DNA from: an uncultured Planctomycetaceae bacterium
GTDB lineage: Bacteria > Planctomycetota > Planctomycetia > Planctomycetales > Planctomycetaceae
Length of the DNA: 36,091 nucleotides
Assembly: GCA_963976765.1 (NCBI GenBank)
Contig: CAXBME010000048.1
Span: 1 to 36,091 of the forward strand
Reading direction: 5' to 3'
Below, one piece after another: positions 1 to 9,214 of the stretch (positions are counted from its first letter, which is position 1; the number at the start of each line of letters is the position of its first letter). Below the pieces are notes generated by a model. It had not been told where the DNA came from. It made no database searches and saw only the letters and a program-made list of their open reading frames with translations. The position numbers and the translations under genes are program-made.

Positions 1-54
1 CCCGCTGCAAACTCAAATCCATCTACCCAAAGATTTTGCTCTGACGAAGCACTA
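1..54 (+). mobile_element. IS630-family insertion sequence, right end (last 13 codons of the transposase plus terminus), inserted at CTAG/TA
   Basis: Frame from nt 3 reads RCKLKSIYPKILL* (TGA 42-44), resembling the conserved IS630 transposase C-terminus (..ARxKLKxLYP..). It is followed by CGAAGCAC and TA within CTAG (52-55), and the DUF1552 homology on the other strand stops at this point. Confidence 0.75.
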
Positions 55-446
55 GTGTGGACTCCGACCTTCTTCGCCATCATCTGGTCGAGCGACTGAG
101 CATGTCGGTTTCCGTTCATCGCGACGCCAGTCAGAAACGAACCGGTCATCTGAACGTGCCCATTGGTCCCGACATTATCAAGATGCGACACCACGACCAG
201 ATCGTCTTTCACCGGCGCGAGCGGTTCCAGAATGGGCGACAGTTCGAAGTCGCTGCCTTCGCCGGTGACATCCCACGCTTTGGGATAAACGCCGTTCGGC
301 TGGAAAACCGCCAGAAATCGCAACGGCGGACCTGCGACTTCACCGGCCTTTGCAGCATGACTCATAATATCCAACTGCGGAAGGGCGAGGCTCGCTCCCA
401 ACCCCTTCAAAGCGGTTCGGCGAGAGATGTTCCAGCGGTTCAACAT
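53..446 (-). pseudogene. DUF1552-family protein, N-terminal ~130 aa, interrupted by IS630
   Basis: Not in the ORF track. My translation from ATG 446: MLNRWNISRRTALKGLGASLALPQLD...LRFLAVFQPNGVYPKAW...FELSPILEPL...GSFLTG...SLDQMMAKKVGVHT. It has a Tat-like SRR leader, the PNG motif and the SxDQ motif, as in the paralog at 21549. It lies downstream of a DUF1592 gene, and the expected LxSLELG motif is replaced by IS sequence. Confidence 0.8.
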
Positions 447-727
447 GGGACGAGTCTCCGACTTTGAATTCCGGCGGGGTTGCCGCAACGGTAGCGATGA
501 AAATTTCAGGCAGGTCGGTAAGAGTTCTCAGAGTACAGAATCGGCAGTTGGTGGGCCACAGAAGCAAGATTCGTTTCCAATTCTAAATATGGCTGAAGCT
601 AAACTCTGCGCACTTGTCCGACTGTGAAACCGGTCAAAGATTACGATCTGCTGGCCTTTCGAACCGAAATCTTCAGCCTTAGATCGACACAGACAAACGC
701 AGATCGGCAAAAGCAACGGCGGCAATT

Positions 728-3580
728 TCAGTTGAGGTTCACCGTTTCTGACGGCACCCTCCCTGTCTGATACTGAAACGGGTAACTGAGAACTATCTGG
801 TTCAGCAACTCCCGACTGCTGTAGGACCTGGACTCGACCGCCGCGACGATTTTCTCGACGGCTGGCTCGTCAAAGTATTGCAGCTCGCGACCGAGGGCGA
901 AGCTCAGCAGTCTTCGCGTCAGGTTGCGAGTAAACTCGGTCTTTCGTTCGGCGACCAGAAAAGCTTTCAACTCGACTGGACCATCGAAAGTGATTCCGCC
1001 GGGCAGTTCTCCCGTGGCATCGATTGGTTTCCCGGCCTGCTTCGTGCGGAAGCGTCCGATGGCGTCGAAGTTTCCGAGGCCGAAGCCGATCGGATCGATC
1101 TTGTCGTGACAGACGGCGCAGGTTGGGTTACGTCGGTGCATCGCAAGTTCTTCGCGGAGAGTGCGAGCTTCGCCAGCATCACCGGGCAGCTCGCCAGCGT
1201 CGGCGGGAGGCTCCGGCAACTCTCGTCCCAGCAGAGTTTCAAGCACCCACTTGCCACGCACGACCGGGCTGGTGCGCGTCGGGCTGGAAGTCGCCGTTAA
1301 TACGCTGCCCATTCCGAGCAGTCCGCCGCGAGTTCGATCAGTCAGCGAGACGCGGACAAACTCGTCGCCACGCACTCCTTCAATTCCGTAGTGCATCGCA
1401 AGCGTTGAGTTCAGCCAGGTCTCGTCGGAATCGAGCAACTCCAGGACGCTGCGGTCCTCTTTCAGCAGAGCACGAAACGTGATGGCCGTTTCCTGCTTCA
1501 TGGCCATCGCCAGTTCGGCAGTGAACTGCGGAAACTTTTTCGCATCCGGAATCACGCTGTTACCGAGTGCCGTAAAGCCAAGCCACTGCCCGGTGAACGT
1601 TTCAGCAAATGTCAGCGATCGCGGATCAGCCAACAGTCGGCCGACCTGCTGCCGCAGGACGTCGGGTTTTCGTAGCTCCTTCTGACCGGCCAGTTGAAAA
1701 AGTTCGTCGTCGGGCATCGACATCCAGAGAAAATACGACAGGCGGGACGCCAGCTGGTAATCGTCGAGCTGGAACTCGTCATCGCCGGGACCGAGTTCGA
1801 TCCGGTAGAGAAACTTTGGTGAGACAAGTACGGCGGTCAAAGCCAGTCGTAGCGACCGCTCGAAGCTGTCGCCCTGCCCTTTCGACTTTTCGTAGAGCGA
1901 AGCGAAACGTGCAACATCCGAACGTTCGGCGGGACGGCGGAATGCCAGTCGTACGAAGTTTTCAATAACTTGCGACGCGGCTTCTGACTCGGAGACTCCG
2001 TTTCCTGGCTCGACGACGAAAATCCGAGATCCCGGTCGCACCGCCAATTGGTCATCACCGGAAGAACTGTCTGACGGATGGCTGACCGGCCCCGTTATTT
2101 CGACCCAGTCAATGTGGACACTGCCGGGCTTCTGACTTTCATCCGCCTTCGGCTTTGCCGGCTGTTTCCGTTTCCTGCGAAATTCAGCGACCGTCTCGGC
2201 AACCTGGTTGAGCAGGCGTTTGTTGTCAGCGAGTCGGTCGGCGTTTCCGTACTGCCGGTTGAATTCTTCTTTGGAAATATTCAACGCAGTGGCGAGTTCG
2301 GTCTTTGCCTGGTCGTAGGTCTTGATTCGATCTTCGATGTATCCGGTGAACCGGTCGAGCTGACTCGGTTCTCCGTCGACACCATGCAGACGCAGCCATT
2401 CGTACGGGCGTTGCAGACCGAGTGCTGCAGAATCGAGCTTCCTAATCAGCGCCGCAATTTCTTTCGACTCGTCACCCTTTGCCGGATAGCGAGGATGATT
2501 CTTTGTCGACTCGACGTTGATGATCGTGTTGGCGTTCTTCGGGAGCTTCGTGTACTCCCGAGGTTTTTCCGACGCCGTCTCCTTCTGCGGCGAGACTGGC
2601 TCAGTCGGCTCTCTCTCTATCGAACTTGTGGCCCCAGGCCGTTGCTGAATTTCTTCCAGTGCCACAGCAAGCTGATCAGCAGTCGGGATCTGAATATTCC
2701 ACGCCACCTGATGGCTGCCCTTTTCCACGAAAGCCGTCAGCGTGTACTCAGCAGGCGCTTGCCGGGGAACGATGAGGTCGCCCTGCGTGACATCATTGAT
2801 GCGGAGTCTTGTTCCGGTCGGGCCGGCAGTACTGCGCGCTCGAATACGGAATTCGTAGTAGCCGTCGGCTGGAAATTTCACCGATTCGTAAAGCGTCATC
2901 TGACCGCGGTTGATGACAAAGCCGAGGAAGTCGTCGCCAAATGGTTTGGGCGTTTCCTTCGTCTCAGTCATGAACATCGCTTCGGCTTCAAGGTGCCGCT
3001 TCATCGGCTCGTGTCGCAACGCGATGAGACCGTCGAGTGCTCGCTCGGCGGCTTCGAAATACTTCTCCAACTGAGCTGGCGTCACGAACAGAGCATCGCG
3101 GTCGGTGTTGAAGCCGCTGCTGCCTTCACCGTCCTCTGAAAATCTTGATCCGGGGCGCAGATCGACTCCCAGCAGATCGCGCATCGTGTTGTTGTATTCG
3201 TCGCGTGTCAGACGCGGGATGGTCACGTGGCCGGGATTCCTGACCTTCGACCAGTCGATTTTCGTGACGTCTTCCAGCCAGTCGATCAGTTTCTGACGCT
3301 CAGCGGTCGAAGGCAGCGGATCGTCTGGCGGCATTTCGTTTTCGCTGACGACAAGCAGAACCTGACGCCACTCTCCGCGGGCCCTCTTAATCTGCTCGAC
3401 GGTTTTGAAATGAGTGATGTCGAAATCGCCCTTCGGTTTCCCACCACGATGACACTTCACACAGTATTTCTGAAGGAGTGGAACAATTTCATTTTCGAAG
3501 GAAATTTCAGCACCAACCGACTGTCGACAGAGAGGCGACAACGCAAACAGCAGCAGGATCACTGTGGAAATTCGGGACAT
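728..3580 (-). CDS. DUF1592-family protein (planctomycete cytochrome c domain, DUF1587/1595/1592/1588/1585)
   Basis: Signal peptide from MSRIST (ATG 3580 preferred over 3658), CVKCH and CAVCH haem motifs, RLTRDEYNNTMRDL, VLVSPKFLYR, LASRLSYFLWMSMPD, TSPVVRGKWVL, DPIGFGLGNFDAIG. Confidence 0.9.
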   Translation of the reverse strand: MSRISTVILLLFALSPLCRQSVGAEISFENEIVPLLQKYCVKCHRGGKPKGDFDITHFKTVEQIKRARGEWRQVLLVVSENEMPPDDPLPSTAERQKLIDWLEDVTKIDWSKVRNPGHVTIPRLTRDEYNNTMRDLLGVDLRPGSRFSEDGEGSSGFNTDRDALFVTPAQLEKYFEAAERALDGLIALRHEPMKRHLEAEAMFMTETKETPKPFGDDFLGFVINRGQMTLYESVKFPADGYYEFRIRARSTAGPTGTRLRINDVTQGDLIVPRQAPAEYTLTAFVEKGSHQVAWNIQIPTADQLAVALEEIQQRPGATSSIEREPTEPVSPQKETASEKPREYTKLPKNANTIINVESTKNHPRYPAKGDESKEIAALIRKLDSAALGLQRPYEWLRLHGVDGEPSQLDRFTGYIEDRIKTYDQAKTELATALNISKEEFNRQYGNADRLADNKRLLNQVAETVAEFRRKRKQPAKPKADESQKPGSVHIDWVEITGPVSHPSDSSSGDDQLAVRPGSRIFVVEPGNGVSESEAASQVIENFVRLAFRRPAERSDVARFASLYEKSKGQGDSFERSLRLALTAVLVSPKFLYRIELGPGDDEFQLDDYQLASRLSYFLWMSMPDDELFQLAGQKELRKPDVLRQQVGRLLADPRSLTFAETFTGQWLGFTALGNSVIPDAKKFPQFTAELAMAMKQETAITFRALLKEDRSVLELLDSDETWLNSTLAMHYGIEGVRGDEFVRVSLTDRTRGGLLGMGSVLTATSSPTRTSPVVRGKWVLETLLGRELPEPPADAGELPGDAGEARTLREELAMHRRNPTCAVCHDKIDPIGFGLGNFDAIGRFRTKQAGKPIDATGELPGGITFDGPVELKAFLVAERKTEFTRNLTRRLLSFALGRELQYFDEPAVEKIVAAVESRSYSSRELLNQIVLSYPFQYQTGRVPSETVNLN

Positions 3581-3732
3581 GAGATGAACTCGCATTTCCG
3601 GAAAAAGCTGGACATCCAAAAGGCAGGGCACAGAGCGAAAGAGACTTACCGAAGACATCAGAATTAAGTGGTCAGTCTATCCACACGTCAAAACCGTTCG
3701 CCACGAAGATAAGACCGATGAAGCAGTGTCTC

Positions 3733-3908
3733 CGACGTTCTTTAACCGCGCCGAAACTGATCTGTCACCCAGGTTGGTTTCGCAGAGACAATATAAGTGA
3801 CCTCTGAATGCTGCGTACTTCGACGTTCTTTAACCGCGCCGAAACTGATCTGTCACCCAGGCTGGTTTCGCAGAGACAATATAAGTGATCTCTGAATGCT
3901 GCGTACTT
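3733..3908. repeat. Tandem duplication, 2 x 88 bp, 2 mismatches
   Basis: Unit CGACGTTCTTTAACC...CTGCGTACTT starts at 3733 and again at 3821. The differences are AGGTTGG/AGGCTGG and GTGACCTC/GTGATCTC. Confidence 0.95.
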
Positions 3909-4328
3909 CGATTGCACGCCTGCCGCTGCCAGGAATATCCGGTTTGGAGAAACTCAATTCAAACGACATCAGACACGCAGGTCATCAGTTGTTCGTTTCT
4001 GTTTCAGCGTATAAGTCGGGTCAGAAAGCGAGCGTCCCATGTCACCTTCTCAGCAAAACCTGAAAAAGGCTCAACGAGACAATGCTCGAACCACCCGTCG
4101 GAAAGCTGGCACATCGGCAAACGAACCAGGTTCTGAAATCGGGCCTGCCCCAGGCAAAACCCGCGTTGCCGGAGCACTCACGGCCAGCACACACACCTTC
4201 GCTCTGACGATTTCAGCTCGGCACTGTCCCGCCTGGCCGAACAACTTTCTCAACAGGTCTGACAACTTAGTGTCTGAGATTAATGCCTGAAGGAACGAGT
4301 CAATCACTGAAGGAATGAGGAGTCGCCC

Positions 4329-5627
4329 ATGACTGAACAGGAACCGAAGTCACTGAATCTTACCAGTGATACTCACCGTTCATCTGCTCATGCCGCTGCT
4401 GTCAGTGAAGATGTCGAACTTTCCGGACACATCATCGACAGTCTGCTGTTGCCGAAGGTGCTGGACTGTATCACTCATCGAGGCGGCATTTTTCGAATTC
4501 AGGAGCTGACCGTCGGCCAGCAGCGCAAAGATGCCAGTTACGCGAGGATTCAGGTGTCGGCTGGCTCACAACCCGAACTGGATCGAATTCTGGCTGTGAT
4601 CAGTGACCACGGAGCGGTGCGGGTTTCCAGCGACGACTGCCGACTTGTGAAAGCTGACATGAATGGCGCCTTCCCCGAGGGTTTTTACAGCTCAACCAAC
4701 AGAACCACCGAAGTCCGGCTCAACGGCGAGTGGTTCCCCGTTGACATGCAGGAAATGGATTGCGGCATTGTCGTCAAGGCCGACCAACGATCAGCACGCT
4801 GCATTCCGATGGTAGACGTCCGCCAGGGGGATCTGATCATCGTCGGGCATGTCGGCGTGCGAGTGACTTCCGAGCTGAGGGTCGAGCGAGGGTCAGGCTT
4901 CGAATTCATGGACAGCGCGGTTTCCTCGGAGAAACCAAAACGAGTGGCCGCTCGGCGCGTTGCCGAATGGATGGTCGAGAACAAACGGAACGGTGGAAAG
5001 ACGCTGATCGTAGGCGGACCAGCAATCGTCCACACCGACAGTGTTCAGCACCTGTGCTCGTTGATCCGCGACGGTTACGTTCACAAACTGTTCGCCGGTA
5101 ACGCCCTGGCGACGCACGACATCGAGAACTCGCTGTACGGCACCAGTCTGGGGATCAACCTGGAGCAGGGTGAAGTTGTCGCGGCCGGACACGAGCATCA
5201 CCTCCGCTCAATCAACACGATTCGCCGATGCGGAGGGATCGCCGATGCCGTTGCCCAGGGCGTGCTCAAGTCGGGCATTATGCACGCCTGCGTCACCAGT
5301 GGCGTTCCCTTTCTGCTGGCAGGCAGCATTCGTGACGACGGCCCTCTGCCAGAAGTCATCACGGACTGCCTGGATGCTCAACGCCAGATGCGCCACGAAG
5401 TCCAGGACGTCACGTTCTGCGTGATGCTGGCAACCATGCTGCATTCGGTTGCCGTGGGAAACCTGCTCCCAGCCAGCGTGCGAGTCGTCTGTGTGGATAT
5501 CAATCCGTCAACCGTGATCAAGCTCAGTGATCGAGGCTCGTCCCAGACGATTCCCATCGTGACGGATATCGAACCATTCCTGAGAGCCCTCGTCGAGGAA
5601 GTACGCCGACAGGAGCAGACTCCATGA
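4329..5627 (+). CDS. TIGR00300-family protein (LOR/SDH-like domain; ArgZ/AgrE C-terminal part, putative ornithine cyclodeaminase)
   Basis: VELSGHIIDS, GAFPEGFYSSTN, QEMDC, FEFMDSAVSSEKP, GGPAIVHT, GNALATHDIE, LAGSIRDDGPLP, TMLHSVAVGN, VCVDINP, KLSDRGS. SD GAGGAG lies upstream. Confidence 0.85.
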   Translation: MTEQEPKSLNLTSDTHRSSAHAAAVSEDVELSGHIIDSLLLPKVLDCITHRGGIFRIQELTVGQQRKDASYARIQVSAGSQPELDRILAVISDHGAVRVSSDDCRLVKADMNGAFPEGFYSSTNRTTEVRLNGEWFPVDMQEMDCGIVVKADQRSARCIPMVDVRQGDLIIVGHVGVRVTSELRVERGSGFEFMDSAVSSEKPKRVAARRVAEWMVENKRNGGKTLIVGGPAIVHTDSVQHLCSLIRDGYVHKLFAGNALATHDIENSLYGTSLGINLEQGEVVAAGHEHHLRSINTIRRCGGIADAVAQGVLKSGIMHACVTSGVPFLLAGSIRDDGPLPEVITDCLDAQRQMRHEVQDVTFCVMLATMLHSVAVGNLLPASVRVVCVDINPSTVIKLSDRGSSQTIPIVTDIEPFLRALVEEVRRQEQTP

Positions 5628-6481
5628 CCGGTCCTGAACCAGTCTCGGGCAAAGCAACCGAAGGAGAATCTTCGGCTCGCATCCTGATGTGTGCTCCGCA
5701 GTTTTTCGGCGTCGAGTACGAAATCAATCCGTGGATGAATCAGGAGCGTCAGGTTGATCATGAACTCGCGACCAAACAATGGGAGTCTCTGGTGAGCATT
5801 CTGAAGTCTCTGGGAGCGACGATCGAACTTGTCGACCCGCAACCAGGGCTGCCCGATCTGGTATTTACCGCAAACGCGGCCATGATCTTTCGCAACCGAT
5901 CGATTCTTTCATCTTTTCGACATCAGCAGCGGCAGGGAGAAGAGCAACATTTTCAGTCGAGCCTTCAGAAGCAGGGTTTCGAGGTCGTCGAGTTACCCGA
6001 CGGACTTTTCTTCGAGGGCGCTGGCGATGCACTGTTCTGTGGCGAAACTCTCTTTGGCGGCTATCGAATTCGCAGCACAGCCAAAAGCCTCCAGGAAGTG
6101 GCCAGACAGATCGGTCGGCAGGTTATTCCTCTGGAACTGGTCGACAGCCGGTTTTACCACCTCGATACATGCTTCTGCCCGGTCACCAGCGAAACGGCGA
6201 TCTGGTTTCCCACCGCGTTCGACGAGTACGGTCAGCAGGTAATTCGTTCGATGATTCCCGACCTGATCACACTGAGTGAAATCGAGGCGGTCGAATTTGC
6301 GGCCAACGCCGTCGTCATCGGAAAGCACGTCGTCACCAATTCCGGCTGTCCGATCCTGGCTGACGAACTAAGATCCCACGGAATCGAAGCAATCGACACA
6401 CCACTGAGCGAATTCGTGAAGGCAGGCGGAAGTGCCAAGTGCCTCACGTTGCGACTTGATGGAGAAGACGCCGCCGCGTAA
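5624..6481 (+). CDS. Amidinotransferase/DDAH-superfamily protein, ArgZ N-terminal-like (putative arginine dihydrolase)
   Basis: YEINPWM, PDLVFTANA, FEGAGD, FYHLDTCF, GGSAKCLT (catalytic Cys). ATGA overlap with the upstream gene. Confidence 0.85.
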   Translation: MTGPEPVSGKATEGESSARILMCAPQFFGVEYEINPWMNQERQVDHELATKQWESLVSILKSLGATIELVDPQPGLPDLVFTANAAMIFRNRSILSSFRHQQRQGEEQHFQSSLQKQGFEVVELPDGLFFEGAGDALFCGETLFGGYRIRSTAKSLQEVARQIGRQVIPLELVDSRFYHLDTCFCPVTSETAIWFPTAFDEYGQQVIRSMIPDLITLSEIEAVEFAANAVVIGKHVVTNSGCPILADELRSHGIEAIDTPLSEFVKAGGSAKCLTLRLDGEDAAA

Positions 6482-6529
6482 TCAACATTACCCCCAGAAG
6501 AGTTGCCTGTTTCAATGGGAGCTACGTCA

Positions 6530-7636
6530 ATGTCAGTCGTTGGAGTTCCGTCGGAGATCAAGAGCGACGAATACCGTGTCGCCATGCTGCCGGTCGGTGT
6601 GGAAGAACTGACTCGTCGCGGCCACCAGGTGCTTGTTCAATCCGGAGCAGGACTTGGCAGCGGAATCGACGACCAGCAGTACCAGGATCACGGAGCCGAA
6701 ATTGTTCCGGACTCGATTTCCGTATTTTCTCGGGCGAACCTGATTGTCAAAGTTAAGGAGCCGTTGCCGTCTGAATGGCCGATGATTCGTCCCGGCCAGG
6801 TCATTTTCACCTACTTCCACTTCGCGGCGAGCGAAGAACTGACCCGGGCAATGCTCAGTTCTCAAGCAACTGCCGTTGCTTACGAAACACTGAGGGGCCG
6901 CAAGGGAGACTTGCCACTGCTCACTCCAATGAGTGAAGTCGCCGGACGCATGAGCATCCAGGAAGGTGCCAGATTTCTGGAACGACCACAGGAAGGGCGG
7001 GGAATTCTACTCGGAGGCGTGCCCGGAGTGTTGCCGGCTCATATCGTCGTACTGGGCGGCGGAGTTGTTGGTAAGAACGCGGCTCAGATCGCGGCTGGCT
7101 TCCAGGCAGACGTCGCCATTCTTGATATCAGCGTCGACCGGCTCCGGTATCTGGAAGACATCATGCCGGCGAATGTCAACACGCTGTTCAGCGATCGACA
7201 CACCATCCGCGAACAGCTGCGGCAAGCAGACCTCGTTATCGGAGCAGTACTGGTCGAAGGCGCACGAGCCCCTCAGCTAATCACAAAGAAAGACCTCTCG
7301 CTGATGAAACCCGGAGCTGTCATCGTCGATGTGTGTATCGACCAGGGCGGCTGTACCGAGAGCAGTCGCCCCACAACGCATTCGCAGCCGACCTATATCG
7401 TCGATGGTATCGTGCATTACTGTGTGACGAACATGCCCGGAGCTGTCGGACGAACAAGCACCTATGCGCTGTGCAACGTGACACTGCCCTACGTTCTGCT
7501 GATTGCCGACAACGGGCTGGCGTCAGCGGCTGTCAACGATCCCGGAATCGAACATGCCATCAACATTCATGACGGAACAGTTAGAAATCAGGCTGTAGCA
7601 ACAACATTCGGTTTGGAATACCGACCATTCGTGTGA
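6530..7636 (+). CDS. ald: Alanine dehydrogenase
   Basis: VGVPSEIK..EYRVA, KVKEP, FTYFHFAA, PLLTPMSEVAGR, GILLGGVPG, GGGVVG, DVCIDQGG, NMPGAV. Start set at ATG 6530. Confidence 0.95.
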   Translation: MSVVGVPSEIKSDEYRVAMLPVGVEELTRRGHQVLVQSGAGLGSGIDDQQYQDHGAEIVPDSISVFSRANLIVKVKEPLPSEWPMIRPGQVIFTYFHFAASEELTRAMLSSQATAVAYETLRGRKGDLPLLTPMSEVAGRMSIQEGARFLERPQEGRGILLGGVPGVLPAHIVVLGGGVVGKNAAQIAAGFQADVAILDISVDRLRYLEDIMPANVNTLFSDRHTIREQLRQADLVIGAVLVEGARAPQLITKKDLSLMKPGAVIVDVCIDQGGCTESSRPTTHSQPTYIVDGIVHYCVTNMPGAVGRTSTYALCNVTLPYVLLIADNGLASAAVNDPGIEHAINIHDGTVRNQAVATTFGLEYRPFV

Positions 7637-7790
7637 CCGGTACAGGCCGTGGCCGTAAACACAGCCAGGTACCGTTTTCATCTCTCACGATTAAAACCCG
7701 TGCGTTCACGAGAAGTCGCTCAAAGCGATGACGCCAGCACTTTGCGACTTCGTAACCTTGCGTGTTTAATTGTCTGACTGGTTTTATCAA

Positions 7791-9122
7791 TCAATCGGCC
7801 CAGATGAAGGCAACAGCGAAAACCACAGCCGCGCCGTACAGCAATGGATGCACTTCCCGAATCCGCAGGTTGACAATTCGCATGGCCACAAACGTCAGTA
7901 GTCCGTAACCGATTCCGTGAGAGATCGAATACGTCAGCGGAATCAGTAGCAGCGTGACAAAGGCCGGAACGCCGGTGTCCAGCTTTGTGAAGTCGATTTT
8001 CGTAATCGACTCGGCCATCAGAAAGCCGACGACGATCAGTGCCGGCGCCGTTGCCGCCGCGGGCAGCGTCGCCGCCAGCGGAGCCGCGAAGACGCACAAC
8101 AGAAACAGAACCCCGACGACGACCGAGTGCAGTCCTGTTCGTGCTCCTTCTGAAACACCGGACGCGGATTCGACGTAACTCGTCACTGAACTGACTCCGA
8201 AGAAACCGCCAATCGCTGCGCTAGCGGAATCGACCGCCAGAATTCTTCGTAAACCGATAATCCGGTTCCGGTCGTCTTTCAGATCAGCCTGGTCGCCGAT
8301 CGCCGTCACCGTTCCCAGTGTGTCGAAAAAGTCGACCATCAGAAGAGTCAGCAGCAACGGCAAAAACCTGAACTGCACAGCCGCGATGACATCCGCCTGG
8401 CCAATCAGTTGCATCACGTCACTCAGAGTCGGTACGGAAAACAGTGGTACTGACTCCGCGGCATCTGACGGGGTGATTTCTGAACCTGTGACAAAGTGCA
8501 AAGCCACGCCGCAAACGGCGATTCCAATGAGGATGGCTCCGGGAATTCTTCGAGCTAACAAAACTCCCGTCAGCACGACACCGCCGAGTGTGATCAGAAC
8601 AGTCGGATCACTGAACGATCCAGGTTTGATCGGCGGAACAGGCATCCCCGAAGAAGTCACAATGCCTGCGTTGACGCACCCGATCAACGCAACGAACAGT
8701 CCAATGCCGGCGGCCATCGCGCGGCGAAGATCGATCGGAATGGCATCCAGCATTGCTTCACGCAGACCCGCCGCGACAAGCGCGAGAATGATCAGACCGT
8801 CAAGCACGACCAGCCCCATCGCTGCCTGCCAGGAGCCCATCGCCGGAACTGCCGTGAACGCAATGAAAGCGTTAAGCCCCATGCCGCTGGCTAAAGCCAA
8901 CGGGAAGTTGGCAACCAGCCCCATGACGATGCAGCAGATGCCGGCAGCCAGTGCCGTACAGATAATTGCTGGCTGAGTTGGAACTCCTGCGGCACTCAGA
9001 ATCGCCGGGTTGGCGACCACGATGTAGGCCATCGTCAGGAAAGTCGCAACGCCGCCGCGAAGTTCCGTCGAAACGGAGGTGCCTCGTGCTTCAATCTGGA
9101 AGAGCTGATTGAGTCGCTTCAT
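7791..9122 (-). CDS. NCS2/AzgA-like nucleobase permease
   Basis: TFLTMAYIVVANP, ALASGMGLNAF, DFFDTLGT, TSYVESASGV..GARTGL, PLTYSISHGI. Many transmembrane segments. Confidence 0.92.
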   Translation of the reverse strand: MKRLNQLFQIEARGTSVSTELRGGVATFLTMAYIVVANPAILSAAGVPTQPAIICTALAAGICCIVMGLVANFPLALASGMGLNAFIAFTAVPAMGSWQAAMGLVVLDGLIILALVAAGLREAMLDAIPIDLRRAMAAGIGLFVALIGCVNAGIVTSSGMPVPPIKPGSFSDPTVLITLGGVVLTGVLLARRIPGAILIGIAVCGVALHFVTGSEITPSDAAESVPLFSVPTLSDVMQLIGQADVIAAVQFRFLPLLLTLLMVDFFDTLGTVTAIGDQADLKDDRNRIIGLRRILAVDSASAAIGGFFGVSSVTSYVESASGVSEGARTGLHSVVVGVLFLLCVFAAPLAATLPAAATAPALIVVGFLMAESITKIDFTKLDTGVPAFVTLLLIPLTYSISHGIGYGLLTFVAMRIVNLRIREVHPLLYGAAVVFAVAFIWAD

Positions 9123-9214
9123 GTGGTTCTTTGTCAGATCAGAATTCGTCGAGGCCGATTACTGGTGGTCTACCAGGTGAAGGTGTTTCCCTGGTAAAAA
9201 CAGCCATCAATTTC

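Noticed and set aside
57..467. 136-aa plus-strand ORF
   Set aside because: Antisense to the recognisable DUF1552 fragment.
2078..3139. 353-aa plus-strand ORF
   Set aside because: Antisense shadow of the DUF1592 gene, with no motifs.
3733..3908. Possible CRISPR array
   Set aside because: Only two contiguous 88-bp units, with no unique spacers and no cas genes.
3911..4328. Guanidine or other riboswitch upstream of the amidinotransferase operon; short ORFs in this gap
   Set aside because: I could not see guanidine-I/II/III consensus features by eye, and the ORFs lack SDs and motifs. An Rfam scan would be decisive.
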